The notes under the pieces were generated by a model, which did not search any database, was not told the DNA's origin, and was given only the letters and a program-made list of their open reading frames with translations. A stretch of 64,000 bases of DNA from Armatimonadota bacterium (GTDB taxonomy: Bacteria > Armatimonadota > SYMT01): contig JBKBRF010000012.1 of assembly GCA_046292385.1 (NCBI GenBank), positions 81,039 to 145,038 on the forward strand, written 5' to 3'. Both the position numbers and the translations under genes were made by a program. This document shows positions 37,645 to 46,258 of this stretch, piece by piece (positions within the stretch are counted from its first letter, which is position 1; each line of letters starts with the position of its first letter).

Positions 37645-37662
37645 TTATGCCACGTGGCATAA
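37645..37662. repeat. Dispersed palindrome copy 5
   Basis: TTATGCCACGTGGCATAA 7 bp past the stop of the minus-strand XRE-peptidase gene, between convergent genes. Confidence 0.97.
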
Positions 37663-37669
37663 CCACCAG

Positions 37670-38764
37670 CTACAGCGCGTACCCTTGGCGAAGGAATGGC
37701 GAGACGTTCACCGGCGGCTGCTTTTCTGCCACTCTGATCTGCGGCGCAAGCTCCGCCAGATCAGAGTGGCGCATGTGCACCTGATCGGCGATCTCGCGAG
37801 GGCTCATTCCACGATCCGAAAGACGCGAGAAGATTTGCTCGTGAAGTCGGGACTCCTCCGCTGAAAAGGCATCATCCTCGGGCTCTTTGGTGCGCCAACC
37901 TCTGCGCGAGATCTCGATGCACGCGCTCTTATACTGCCACTCGGAGATGATCTCGAGATCAAAGGCTCGTCGGACGAGCGCTTGCACCGAAACGCCCCAT
38001 CGCTTCTTCAGTTCCAAGAATTGTGAGAACACCACGTGTGATGCACACTCTTGTCGGAACTGATCCGCCGGAAGCAGGAAGGCAGAGGCGAAACGATGGG
38101 CTTCCTGCTCAATCTCCCGGGACTGCAGCACTGGCGAGCTCCGATGGAGTACAAGGTGCCCCAGCTCGTGCGCTGCGTCAAATCGACCCCTGACTCCACA
38201 GGCCTTCGCGGCGTTCATCAGGACGTAAGGCTGACCGTCTCTCCAGAAGGACAGCGCATCCAGTGCGTCGCTTTGCTCCCGGGTCCAGTAAACATCCACC
38301 CCCTTCAACTCAAGAAGGTGCACCATATTCGGGATCGGTCCGAATCCTTGCTTCCAGTGACGGCGGAGGACTTCCGCCGCGAGTTCTGGCCCTTCATGGG
38401 AGAGGTCGGGTACGTCTGGAGACGGCAGGCGAAAGCAGTGGCGGAAGTGGGGGGAGAGAACGCCGCTGGCAATCTTTCCGCAAGCGAGCATTCTCTCCCT
38501 TACTGTGGCAGTGATACTTCGCGCAGATCGAAAGCTCACGGCCTTCTGGGGTATGGCATCAATCTCTGCCTTATAGAAAAAGCTCGGCAGAAACTGCAGC
38601 CGAAACACCAGGCTGTTGATCACCTCTTCCGGAGGCTCGATGGCTCCCGACTCGTAATGGGTGATCATGGGGGCAGAGACCCCAACGAGGGATGCTAGGT
38701 CCCGTTTCGTCAGGCGACGGAACTGCCTCGCAATCGTCAGTCGCGATGCAGAGAATCCGCTCAA
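37670..38764 (-). CDS. XRE HTH plus ImmA/IrrE (M78) zinc metallopeptidase
   Basis: N-terminal HTH (RLTIAR...ITHYESG), RFDAAHELGHLVLH, EQEAHRFASAFLLP; TTG start with AGGAG. Confidence 0.9.
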   Translation of the reverse strand: MSGFSASRLTIARQFRRLTKRDLASLVGVSAPMITHYESGAIEPPEEVINSLVFRLQFLPSFFYKAEIDAIPQKAVSFRSARSITATVRERMLACGKIASGVLSPHFRHCFRLPSPDVPDLSHEGPELAAEVLRRHWKQGFGPIPNMVHLLELKGVDVYWTREQSDALDALSFWRDGQPYVLMNAAKACGVRGRFDAAHELGHLVLHRSSPVLQSREIEQEAHRFASAFLLPADQFRQECASHVVFSQFLELKKRWGVSVQALVRRAFDLEIISEWQYKSACIEISRRGWRTKEPEDDAFSAEESRLHEQIFSRLSDRGMSPREIADQVHMRHSDLAELAPQIRVAEKQPPVNVSPFLRQGYAL

Positions 38765-38779
38765 GTGAAACTCCTGGTT

Positions 38780-39424
38780 CTATTGAAGCCCCGGACCATC
38801 CTCGATAGAAGGTTCCGATGCAACTCCCTGGGGAAGGTTGTTCCCAATAGTGGGCGAGGGAAGTAACGATCCGGTGTAGATTGTTTCGATGTCTTGGGCA
38901 ATCATAGCTGTGCCGTCCTTCTGGATCTCCTCCGGCACTACCAGATGAAGGGACAGTTGCTCCGCATCGTTCCGATCAGCGATCGCCCAAACCGTAAGTG
39001 GCCCTAATGAAGCCCGCTCTTCCGGAGTTTTGAAAAGTGAGAGCTGGCCAATGAGGCGCAGGTTCTTACGAACCAAGCCCTGCGAGACCGCACCCTTCTT
39101 GTTCATCGTGACTACGTTGCCGATGCGCTTTCCGTGGGCAAAGACGATTTGAACGGGGTTTGGGCCTGGGGTAGTTATCCGAGGCTGACCCTTAATCTCT
39201 TTGTAGCTGCAGCCATAACTAACGAGATGAAGCGCAGCCAAGTGCACCATCTCCGCATACGCCTGCGTGCCACGGTAGTTCGACGGGTGGTAGGTCTCGC
39301 GCTCTTCGAGCGCTGTCGTCTCACCGACGATCATGGCATCGCGAAGCATCGACACAATCGGCTCCGCGAGGACTACAGCTAAAGGACGATCCGGTTCCGG
39401 GCAGGGTTTGATGATACTCTTCAT
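38780..39424 (-). CDS. Hypothetical protein, putative toxin partner of the XRE-peptidase
   Basis: RBS GGAGG; co-oriented 15 bp upstream; AT-richer. Confidence 0.65.
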   Translation of the reverse strand: MKSIIKPCPEPDRPLAVVLAEPIVSMLRDAMIVGETTALEERETYHPSNYRGTQAYAEMVHLAALHLVSYGCSYKEIKGQPRITTPGPNPVQIVFAHGKRIGNVVTMNKKGAVSQGLVRKNLRLIGQLSLFKTPEERASLGPLTVWAIADRNDAEQLSLHLVVPEEIQKDGTAMIAQDIETIYTGSLLPSPTIGNNLPQGVASEPSIEDGPGLQ

Positions 39425-39584
39425 TGAAACCTCCGGCCTTGCGGCCTAACGCTTACTCACCACCCAAGCGTAGCACTCAGGGCCGGAGACCGCCTACTTT
39501 TTCTGCAGAAAAATTAAATGGGCGGTCGTCCAGGCACGGATTCCCTCAATCCGGGGCGGGAGTGACCCCGCCCCGCCATCGTCG

Positions 39585-40088
39585 TCAGTCCCACAGCTCC
39601 CGGTCGCGGAGCGCCTGTGCCCGCCGCTCGTTCACCGCCGGCACCGTCGGGAACCCGGTGACCGTCCCGCGGCCGAGGTGCGCCTCGACCACCGCGTGAT
39701 GCTTGCAGAGGCACCCCGCCGGCCGGCAGCGGTAGACGTGATCCGGGCACGTGCAATCGTGGTGGAGCGCCACCTCATAGACCTCCCCACTCCCCAGGTT
39801 GCACACCCAGTGGAACCTGCCGCTGGGATCCGCCGCCACGAGGTAGCTGTCCGCCTGCTCCGCGCCGCGCGCGTCCCGCAGCGCCTGCTGCCGGGCGAGG
39901 ATGCGCTCCCCGCTCGGATCGCTGGCGCTGGTGAACGTCACGAACGCCTGGCCGGCGCTCTTGCTCGGGTTGACCATCACCCCGTGGAAGCGCTCGTTCG
40001 CGCGCAGGCATCGAGCGAAGCGGAAGGCCGCGCTCTCGTCCATCGTCTTGCTGCGGAACTGGCCACCGTTGCGGGATAGAATGTCCAC
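39585..40088 (-). CDS. SWIM zinc-finger protein
   Basis: CTCPD...CLCKH (CxC-xn-CxH). Confidence 0.75.
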   Translation of the reverse strand: MDILSRNGGQFRSKTMDESAAFRFARCLRANERFHGVMVNPSKSAGQAFVTFTSASDPSGERILARQQALRDARGAEQADSYLVAADPSGRFHWVCNLGSGEVYEVALHHDCTCPDHVYRCRPAGCLCKHHAVVEAHLGRGTVTGFPTVPAVNERRAQALRDRELWD

Positions 40089-40241
40089 TGTGATCTCCTC
40101 GGAGGTCGGGGAAGGGCCGGTTTCTTCTTGGCGGGAGGGCCGGCCCTTCGTTGTCGCTATTCTGTGCTAGTATTTTACTACCATATAACCTCCGCGTCAG
40201 GTGATGGCGTGAAAATAATTTGGTGGTAAGATACTGGCACC

Positions 40242-40433
40242 ATGACCGAAACAGAGAAGCGCAAAGGGGGACGGCCGGCGACGGGCCGCGCCTACCCGAT
40301 CAAGGTGTTCAGCTACGTCGATGACGAGCTGCTGCGGCTCCTGCAGGAGCTGGCGAAGCGGGGCAACCGCGGGCAGGCGGAGGTGCTCCGCCAGGGCATT
40401 CGCGCGCTGGCGGAGCGGGAGGGCGTGGAATGA
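40242..40433 (+). CDS. Ribbon-helix-helix (CopG-like) DNA-binding protein
   Basis: GRPATG then a beta strand and two helices; 63 aa; divergent from SWIM across an AT-rich spacer. Confidence 0.7.
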   Translation: MTETEKRKGGRPATGRAYPIKVFSYVDDELLRLLQELAKRGNRGQAEVLRQGIRALAEREGVE

Positions 40434-40657
40434 GGAACCTGGTTCCTGAGACGCGTTTGGCGGCCATCGAGACTCAGGCACAGCGCACCCGCGCGAGCAT
40501 TGAGCGAGGTGAACCCGACGGGAAGGAGCTGGCTGTCACGCTAGCCGCGCGGGATGTCCCCGACCTGGTAGCCGAGATTCGCCGGCTGCGAGGTGCACTA
40601 GATGCGCTGGCTGGTCTCTGCACGACCCTCAAGCACGAAGAAGAAACCCCGGTCTAA
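40430..40657 (+). CDS. Hypothetical phage protein
   Basis: ATGA overlap; ARDVPDLVAEIRRLR. Confidence 0.6.
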   Translation: MRNLVPETRLAAIETQAQRTRASIERGEPDGKELAVTLAARDVPDLVAEIRRLRGALDALAGLCTTLKHEEETPV

Positions 40658-40913
40658 CCGGAGTCTCCGGACCTCCCCCACTTCGGCGCCCCCGCCCGCT
40701 CCAACTCGGCGAAGAGATCCCGTGTCCCAGCGCGGCGGAAAGGCCGCCGCTCCCCCATCGACTCCGCGTGGCAGTTTGTCGCCGGGATGTCGCCGCAGTT
40801 CTTGCCGGAACTTGCCGGAAGTGGCTTCCGCACCTATACTCCGAACTAGCAATCAGGGCTGAAACCGCGATCCGTGCCGGGATTTGCCGAAGCTTGCCAG
40901 GCCGGGCGGCGCA

Positions 40914-40965
40914 CTCAAAAACCGATTCTCGAAAGAGAGTGCGGGTTCGATCCCCGCCTTCGGCA
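40914..40965 (+). tRNA. 3' fragment of tRNA-Leu(CAA), prophage attR core (not a complete tRNA)
   Basis: Anticodon loop CTCAAAA, variable arm TCTC-GAAA-GAGA, T arm GCGGG-TTCGATC-CCCGC, acceptor strand CTTCGGC-A; no pairing 5' anticodon stem or D arm. Confidence 0.88.
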
Positions 40966-40984
40966 AGCACAACTTGTAGTCCCC

Positions 40985-41020
40985 AAGAGGGAGGGTACGT
41001 CCAGTGACGTGCCCTCTCTT
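40985..41020 (+). terminator. Hairpin after the tRNA fragment (likely original host tRNA terminator)
   Basis: GAGGGTACGTC-cagt-GACGTGCCCTC-TCTT. Confidence 0.55.
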
Positions 41021-41113
41021 CGTGTTCGCGGAACGGGCGAATGGAACCCTGCGGTTTTAAGACGGCAGCGCGCATTTCGGGGCCACACCGCGGTTCCGGA
41101 GGGGTATAATACG

Positions 41114-41351
41114 CCGGTTTCGCGCAGTTGGCGCGTGCCGTAGGCTTCCTCGGTTTGCGAGGCGGATCGATCAGCCCGGCCCAGCCGGGAGGGTCTGGAG
41201 CCGCGCCGCAGATCGATCCGGAAGCATGGCGGCGGCTCTGCGATCCGGTTCGTTTGAGTGATGGCAGACGGACGGGGGGTCCCACAAGGATCAACCGCCT
41301 GGTAGGTCATTCTGAGTAGGGATGCTATCCCCTGGCTCGGGATGGCCTTTT
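41114..41351 (+). ncRNA. Candidate structured RNA (6S-like or leader) with terminator
   Basis: TATAAT at 41105-41110; nested pairings GCTTCC/GGAAGC and CGGATCGATC/GATCGATCCG; terminator at 41304-41351. Confidence 0.35.
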
Positions 41352-41396
41352 CTGCGTACCGGGCGCGCTTCGGTGCCTCCGGTGGGGTCACTTGCC

Positions 41397-43562
41397 ATGG
41401 CGAACGTGCTTCGCCGCCTGGTATTCGGGCGGCCTTTCGAAACGGCGCAGGCGCACCACACGCGCCTGCCGAACACCCTCGCTCTCCCGGTCTTCGCCTC
41501 GGACGCGCTCTCGTCCGTGAGTTACGCCACCGAGGAGATCCTGCTGGTGCTGGTGCTCGCCGGCGCCTCCGCAGCATCCCTGGGTAAGGCGTGGCCCCTG
41601 GCGCTGGCGATCGCCTTGCTGCTGGCGATCGTGGCGACTTCCTACCGGCAGACGATCCACGCGTACCCCCAGGGCGGCGGTGCCTACCGGGTCGCTCGCG
41701 AGAACCTGGGGGTCTTCTGGGGCGTGCTGGCCGGCGCCTCGCTGTTGATCGACTACGTACTGACGGTGGCGGTGAGTATCTCGGCCGGCGTGGCCGCCAT
41801 CACCTCCGCGTGGCCGGCGCTCGCTCCCCACGCCGTGGCGCTCGCGGTCGGCTTCGTCATCTTCGTGGGGCTGGCGAACTTGCGCGGGGCGAAGGAGTCG
41901 GGGCTGCTTTTCGCGGTGCCGACCTACCTCTTCATCGCGTCGATCTTCACCTTGCTCGCGGTCGGGTTCTTCAAGCTGCTGGCCAACCAGCCGATGACCC
42001 CGCCGTCGCCGCCGGCCGCCACCTGGGCCAACACGACGGAGAGCCTGACGCTCTTCCTGATCCTGCGCGCCTTCTCGTCCGGCTGCACCGCGCTGACCGG
42101 GATCGAGGCGGTCACCGACGGCGTGCCCGCCTTTCGACCGCCGGAGGCGAAGAATGCCGCCCGGGTGCTGGCTGCGCTGGGGGTGATTCTGATCTCCATG
42201 TTCGTGGGGATCACCTACCTGGCGCACCGGCTGGAGGTAGTGCCGTTCCCCGCGGAGTTCGAGGGGCCGCATCACGAGCACCGGCATACGGTCGTCTCGC
42301 AGATCGCGTATGCCGTCTTCGGGCCGACGCCGCTCTACTACGTGATCCAGGTCGCGACCGCGGTAATTCTGATCCTGGCGGCCAACACGGCGTTCGTCGA
42401 CTTCCCGCGCCTGAGCATGTTCCTGGCACAGGATAGACTCCTGCCGCGGCAGCTGGCGAACGTAGGGGATCGGCTGGTCTATTCCAACGGCATCATCGGC
42501 CTGTCGGTCCTCTCCATCCTGACGGTGGTCGCCTTCAACGCCAGCACCCACCACCTGATCCCGCTCTACGCGCTGGGCGTCTTCCTTTCGTTCACCCTCA
42601 GCCAGTCCGGCATGGTGGTGCGCTGGCTGCGGCTGCGACCACGCGGGTGGCAAATGGGCGCGGCAGTCAGCGGGGTCGGGGCGGCGGCCACCTTCGTGGT
42701 GCTGATCATCATCGGGGTGACCAAGTTCATGGCGGGCGACCCGGTCAGCCTCTGGCCGGTCACCACCCCGCTCGGGCTCTGGTTGGTGCTCACGCTCGCC
42801 GGCTTCGTGCTGATCTCCATGTGGCACCGCTGGATGGGTCGCTGGCTGCTGGCGCTCTCCACGCTCGGCTTCGCCGCCTGGGCGCTCGTCGCGCAGCCGG
42901 ACCTCGTGCGGCCGTTCGAGGTGCGGCTCGGCGCGTGGCTGGTGATGGTGGCGATTCCCACCGTCGTCTGGATGTGCTTCCGGATCAACGCGCACTACAG
43001 CGAGGTGGCCGGCAAGCTGACGATGGAGCGCTACCAGCCGCCGCGGAAGTTCCGGCACACCGTGCTGGTCTCGGTGCCGGGGGTCCACCGCGGCATCATG
43101 CCGGCACTGGAGTACGCCCGCTCGATCGGGGGCGACGTCCGCGGGGTCTACGTGGAGATCGATCCCGCCCGGACGCCGGATGCGCTGGAACGCTGGCGTA
43201 AGTGGGTGCCCGACATCCCACTGGTGGTGCTCGAATCCCCCTACCGCGCGCTGACCACGCCGCTGCTGGAGTATATCGACCAGGTGGAGCGGGAGCGGGA
43301 TGACGACGTGGTGACGGTGGTCCTGCCGGAGTTCGTGCCGGAAAAGTGGTGGACCGTGCTGCTTCACAACCAGTCCGGATTGCTGCTCAAGTGGGCGCTG
43401 CTCTTTAAGAAGGGCGTGGTCGTCACCAACATCCGCTACCACCTCCAGGACTGGGAAGAAGAAGCCCTGGGAGCGCACCCGCTGCTCTGCGACAACCTCG
43501 CACTGGAAGCAGCCGAGTGCGCTCCAAGGGAGGGCTCCCGCCGGGTTGACGCGCGGCACTGA
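41397..43562 (+). CDS. APC-family permease, KimA/YdaO-like K+ transporter
   Basis: SDALSSVSY, SYRQTIHAYPQGGG, GCTALTGIEA, C-terminal ESPYR and LLHNQ. Confidence 0.88.
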   Translation: MANVLRRLVFGRPFETAQAHHTRLPNTLALPVFASDALSSVSYATEEILLVLVLAGASAASLGKAWPLALAIALLLAIVATSYRQTIHAYPQGGGAYRVARENLGVFWGVLAGASLLIDYVLTVAVSISAGVAAITSAWPALAPHAVALAVGFVIFVGLANLRGAKESGLLFAVPTYLFIASIFTLLAVGFFKLLANQPMTPPSPPAATWANTTESLTLFLILRAFSSGCTALTGIEAVTDGVPAFRPPEAKNAARVLAALGVILISMFVGITYLAHRLEVVPFPAEFEGPHHEHRHTVVSQIAYAVFGPTPLYYVIQVATAVILILAANTAFVDFPRLSMFLAQDRLLPRQLANVGDRLVYSNGIIGLSVLSILTVVAFNASTHHLIPLYALGVFLSFTLSQSGMVVRWLRLRPRGWQMGAAVSGVGAAATFVVLIIIGVTKFMAGDPVSLWPVTTPLGLWLVLTLAGFVLISMWHRWMGRWLLALSTLGFAAWALVAQPDLVRPFEVRLGAWLVMVAIPTVVWMCFRINAHYSEVAGKLTMERYQPPRKFRHTVLVSVPGVHRGIMPALEYARSIGGDVRGVYVEIDPARTPDALERWRKWVPDIPLVVLESPYRALTTPLLEYIDQVERERDDDVVTVVLPEFVPEKWWTVLLHNQSGLLLKWALLFKKGVVVTNIRYHLQDWEEEALGAHPLLCDNLALEAAECAPREGSRRVDARH

Positions 43563-43718
43563 CCCCTCTCCCCGGCCGCTGCGGGGCGAGTTGAGGCCGC
43601 GGCTCACGGTTGTAGAGAACCCCACGGAACCGGCTCCGCAAATGCAGGTTGAACTCCGGTTTCGTGGGGTGCGTCTGCTCTCTGAGCAGGAGCTCCATTC
43701 TGAGTTCAGGAGGCGACC

Positions 43719-44213
43719 ATGGATCGACGGCACTGTTTGCACCTGGCGGCCGCGGCGGCGGGCCTGGCGGCGCTCAACGCCGAGGCTCGAGCGGAGGACG
43801 AGTTGCCGCTGCCGCTCGGAGAGGCGGTGGAGGCGTTCAACCGGCGGGCTGCCGCCGATCCCGTGGGACGAACGCAGCCGCCGCTGACCGAGGATGAGGT
43901 GGTGGCAGCGATCCGCGGGTGGATGCGCGAGCGAGTAGAGGTTACCGACAACGTCTTCGCGCGCTTCCAGCGCGTCGCCGAAACCGGCCGCTTGCCCGAG
44001 GGCGCCGAATTCCGGTTCATCACGGGCTGGGGTGGCTTCCGCGGCTTTGACTTCGAGGTGTGGTGGGTCGATCTGGTGCTCCGCACCGGGCCGGATAAGG
44101 TCTTTGCTTACCGCATTCGGGATCAGAAGCTCCGCTCGCGCCCCAGTCCGCCGCCGGCCGAGCCGGACCCGAGGTTCCCGATCCGGCTCCCTCGTGCCGT
44201 CCTCAAGCCGTAA
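43719..44213 (+). CDS. Exported hypothetical protein (twin-arginine-like signal)
   Basis: MDRRHCL plus Ala-rich h-region; RBS AGGAGG. Confidence 0.65.
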   Translation: MDRRHCLHLAAAAAGLAALNAEARAEDELPLPLGEAVEAFNRRAAADPVGRTQPPLTEDEVVAAIRGWMRERVEVTDNVFARFQRVAETGRLPEGAEFRFITGWGGFRGFDFEVWWVDLVLRTGPDKVFAYRIRDQKLRSRPSPPPAEPDPRFPIRLPRAVLKP

Positions 44214-44284
44214 CCGGCGGGCGGCCGGGCGCATCCTATCGACGGGCGATCCTGCGCCCGCCCATCACCTCGAGAGGAATGCCG

Positions 44285-44779
44285 ATGCGACTCCCGAACC
44301 GATTGCGACCACTCCTCGTCCTTGCCGCCGCGTCTGCCCTCCTCCTCGGGGTGCAAGCGCGGGCACTCGCCATCGTGCTGATCAAGGACGTCTCCGCCGC
44401 GGAAGCGAAGGAGCTGGGGATTACGGTGAAGGTGGGCCCGTCCGCCAACGACGATCTGCGAGTCATGGTGGAGTTCAAAGAAGTGGGCCGGCTGAGCAGC
44501 TTCCGGTACGCAGATCTCCGCCTGGAGCAAAACGGCAAGCGGGTGGTCAGCGCATCGCTGCAGGCGCGGAAGCCGGCGGTCGACAGTCCCCCGGAACGCA
44601 AGCTGCTGGAGTTCTACATCGATCCGGATCAGCTCGCTAACGCCAGCGTAACCATCGTTTCGTACAACGAGCCGCACAGCGGCACCGGCTACCGGCTCAA
44701 GATGAAAGACTACGTGTCCCGGGAGAAGGGACGCGAATCCGGCAGCACCTACCTCGCCTCCGTTAGCGCGCCGCGGTGA
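44285..44779 (+). CDS. Exported hypothetical protein
   Basis: Signal peptide ending ALA. Confidence 0.6.
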   Translation: MRLPNRLRPLLVLAAASALLLGVQARALAIVLIKDVSAAEAKELGITVKVGPSANDDLRVMVEFKEVGRLSSFRYADLRLEQNGKRVVSASLQARKPAVDSPPERKLLEFYIDPDQLANASVTIVSYNEPHSGTGYRLKMKDYVSREKGRESGSTYLASVSAPR

Positions 44780-45119
44780 ACGAACCGGCTCCCCAGTTAA
44801 GGAGGACCACCAGCGCCACGACGAGGCTGAACAGGGCCAGCCATCCGAGACACAGGTAGATCGCGAGGTGCTGCCGGCTAGCGGGCGGCGCCACCTCGGG
44901 AGCGCCGATGCGAAGGAGGCCGCGGTAACAGAGGAACGCGCCGAGGGCCCCTGCGATGCCGATCACCAGAAAGGCCAGGACGCCCGGAGGATCGGTGCGG
45001 GTCTGCGACCCACCGCCGGCCAGGTCGAGCCCAACCAGGCAGGCGCCGGTGCCGACGTAGAGCGCAGCTATCGCCAGCACGACAAAACTCACGGTGAGCA
45101 CGACGCGGCGCACCCTCAC
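44763..45119 (-). CDS. Small three-TM membrane protein
   Basis: GTG start just after the DUF362 stop; three hydrophobic segments. Confidence 0.5.
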   Translation of the reverse strand: MRVRRVVLTVSFVVLAIAALYVGTGACLVGLDLAGGGSQTRTDPPGVLAFLVIGIAGALGAFLCYRGLLRIGAPEVAPPASRQHLAIYLCLGWLALFSLVVALVVLLNWGAGSFTAAR

Positions 45120-45130
45120 CGCTAGCCGGC

Positions 45131-46258
45131 TCACAGCTTGATCGACCGGAGATCGATCTTTTCCCGGTCCCATTCGCCCAGGCCCAGCGCGCCGGCGATC
45201 TCCACGTGCTCCGGCTGCCGGTGAATGAAGGTGCTGAACTGGTCCGGCTTGTCCTCCACCAGCTTCGGCTTCCCGACTTCCACCCGCTTGGCGTCGATCA
45301 CTTCCCAGCCGATTCGATCGAGCGCTACCGGATCGGTAGCGAAGTAGAGCGACTGGTGCTCCCACACGAACTGCGGGTTGGCGCTCGGACCGCCGTGATA
45401 GAGGCCCTTCACCCCATCCATGATGTGGAGCACCGTCTTGTTCCGGATGATCGGCATGGAGACCACGGCCGGGATGAAGAAGTTGCACGCGTTCAGGCTG
45501 CGAGTGCCGTGGCTGCGCGCGACGTTGTTCACCAGTCCGTGGGAGAGGTTCTTCAGCGCCATCGTGATCCCGGCCGACTGGTGGTCTTTCAGCAGCGGCA
45601 GGTTGATCAGCTTGTCGACCTCCTGCGTGATGAACTTCGCGGCGTAGGAGCGGCGCGCCGTCTCGTTCTCCAGGGGGTAACCGGGCAGCGTGAGCGGCAG
45701 GTCGAGGTAGTGCTCCGGATCGTAGCCGGTGATGTCGTGCTGGACGTCGTCGTACTTCTCGGCCGCGTGGGAGATCCGGACCCCCTCCGGCAGCCACTTG
45801 TCGAACCCCGCCTGGAAGAACTGGTCCTTGTAGCGGTCGTAAACGACGATATCCTTGCGCTTGATCCCCGCTGCTTCGAGCCCGGCGATCACCTCCCGCA
45901 CGACGGAGGCGTCCGAGATCACGTGCGGCATTCCCACCGGGTTGAGCTTCAGGCCGATCACCTCGCCCGGCTGGACGAACTGCTTCCACGCTTCCGCCCA
46001 GTCCGAGGCGCCGGTCAGCTCCGTCATCCCGCGGCGGAGCATCGCCCGGATTGTCTCCGGGTGGTAGACCCCACCGGTGATCGACCGCTCGCTCTGCACC
46101 TTCACGACCCGGCCGCGGTGCGGGCCGGGGATGGCAAGCTTCGACTTCGGCGCGTTCGACCGTGTCTCCGCCGAAGCGCCGGTCTGCGTCAGTCCCGCGG
46201 CGGCCAGCGCGGCCACTCCCCCACCCAGCGACTTCAAGCACTCGCGACGATCGAGCAT
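45131..46258 (-). CDS. DUF362-family protein with Tat signal
   Basis: DRRECL, LKLNP, INLPLLKDH, MALKNL, DPVALD. Confidence 0.85.
   Translation of the reverse strand: MLDRRECLKSLGGGVAALAAAGLTQTGASAETRSNAPKSKLAIPGPHRGRVVKVQSERSITGGVYHPETIRAMLRRGMTELTGASDWAEAWKQFVQPGEVIGLKLNPVGMPHVISDASVVREVIAGLEAAGIKRKDIVVYDRYKDQFFQAGFDKWLPEGVRISHAAEKYDDVQHDITGYDPEHYLDLPLTLPGYPLENETARRSYAAKFITQEVDKLINLPLLKDHQSAGITMALKNLSHGLVNNVARSHGTRSLNACNFFIPAVVSMPIIRNKTVLHIMDGVKGLYHGGPSANPQFVWEHQSLYFATDPVALDRIGWEVIDAKRVEVGKPKLVEDKPDQFSTFIHRQPEHVEIAGALGLGEWDREKIDLRSIKL

Larger units (their letters stand above)
1..40965 (+). mobile_element. Prophage (HK97-type siphovirus), right part; left end outside window
   Basis: Co-oriented terminase-portal-protease-capsid-neck-tail tube-chaperone-tape measure module; ends at a 3' tRNA-Leu fragment followed by housekeeping genes. 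Confidence 0.93.

Noticed and set aside
1007..37662. Palindromes as CRISPR repeats
   Set aside because: Copies are kilobases apart with no spacer array, and no cas genes are visible.
37645..37662. Palindrome as a Deinococcus-type RDRM operator controlled by the IrrE-like peptidase
   Set aside because: The outer TTATG/CATAA is similar, but RDRM is 17 bp with a variable centre and lies at promoters. Two copies here are between convergent genes.
40886..40965. Complete tRNA-Leu starting at GCCGAAG (40886)
   Set aside because: Only 21 nt separate it from the anticodon loop, with no D arm and no pairing anticodon stem; the match belongs to the phased TGCC repeats.
41388..44234. Long antisense ORFs (948 aa here; also 25446-27638, 52441-54606, 10715-12295)
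   Set aside because: Shadow frames opposite well-supported genes in high-GC DNA, with no domain motifs.
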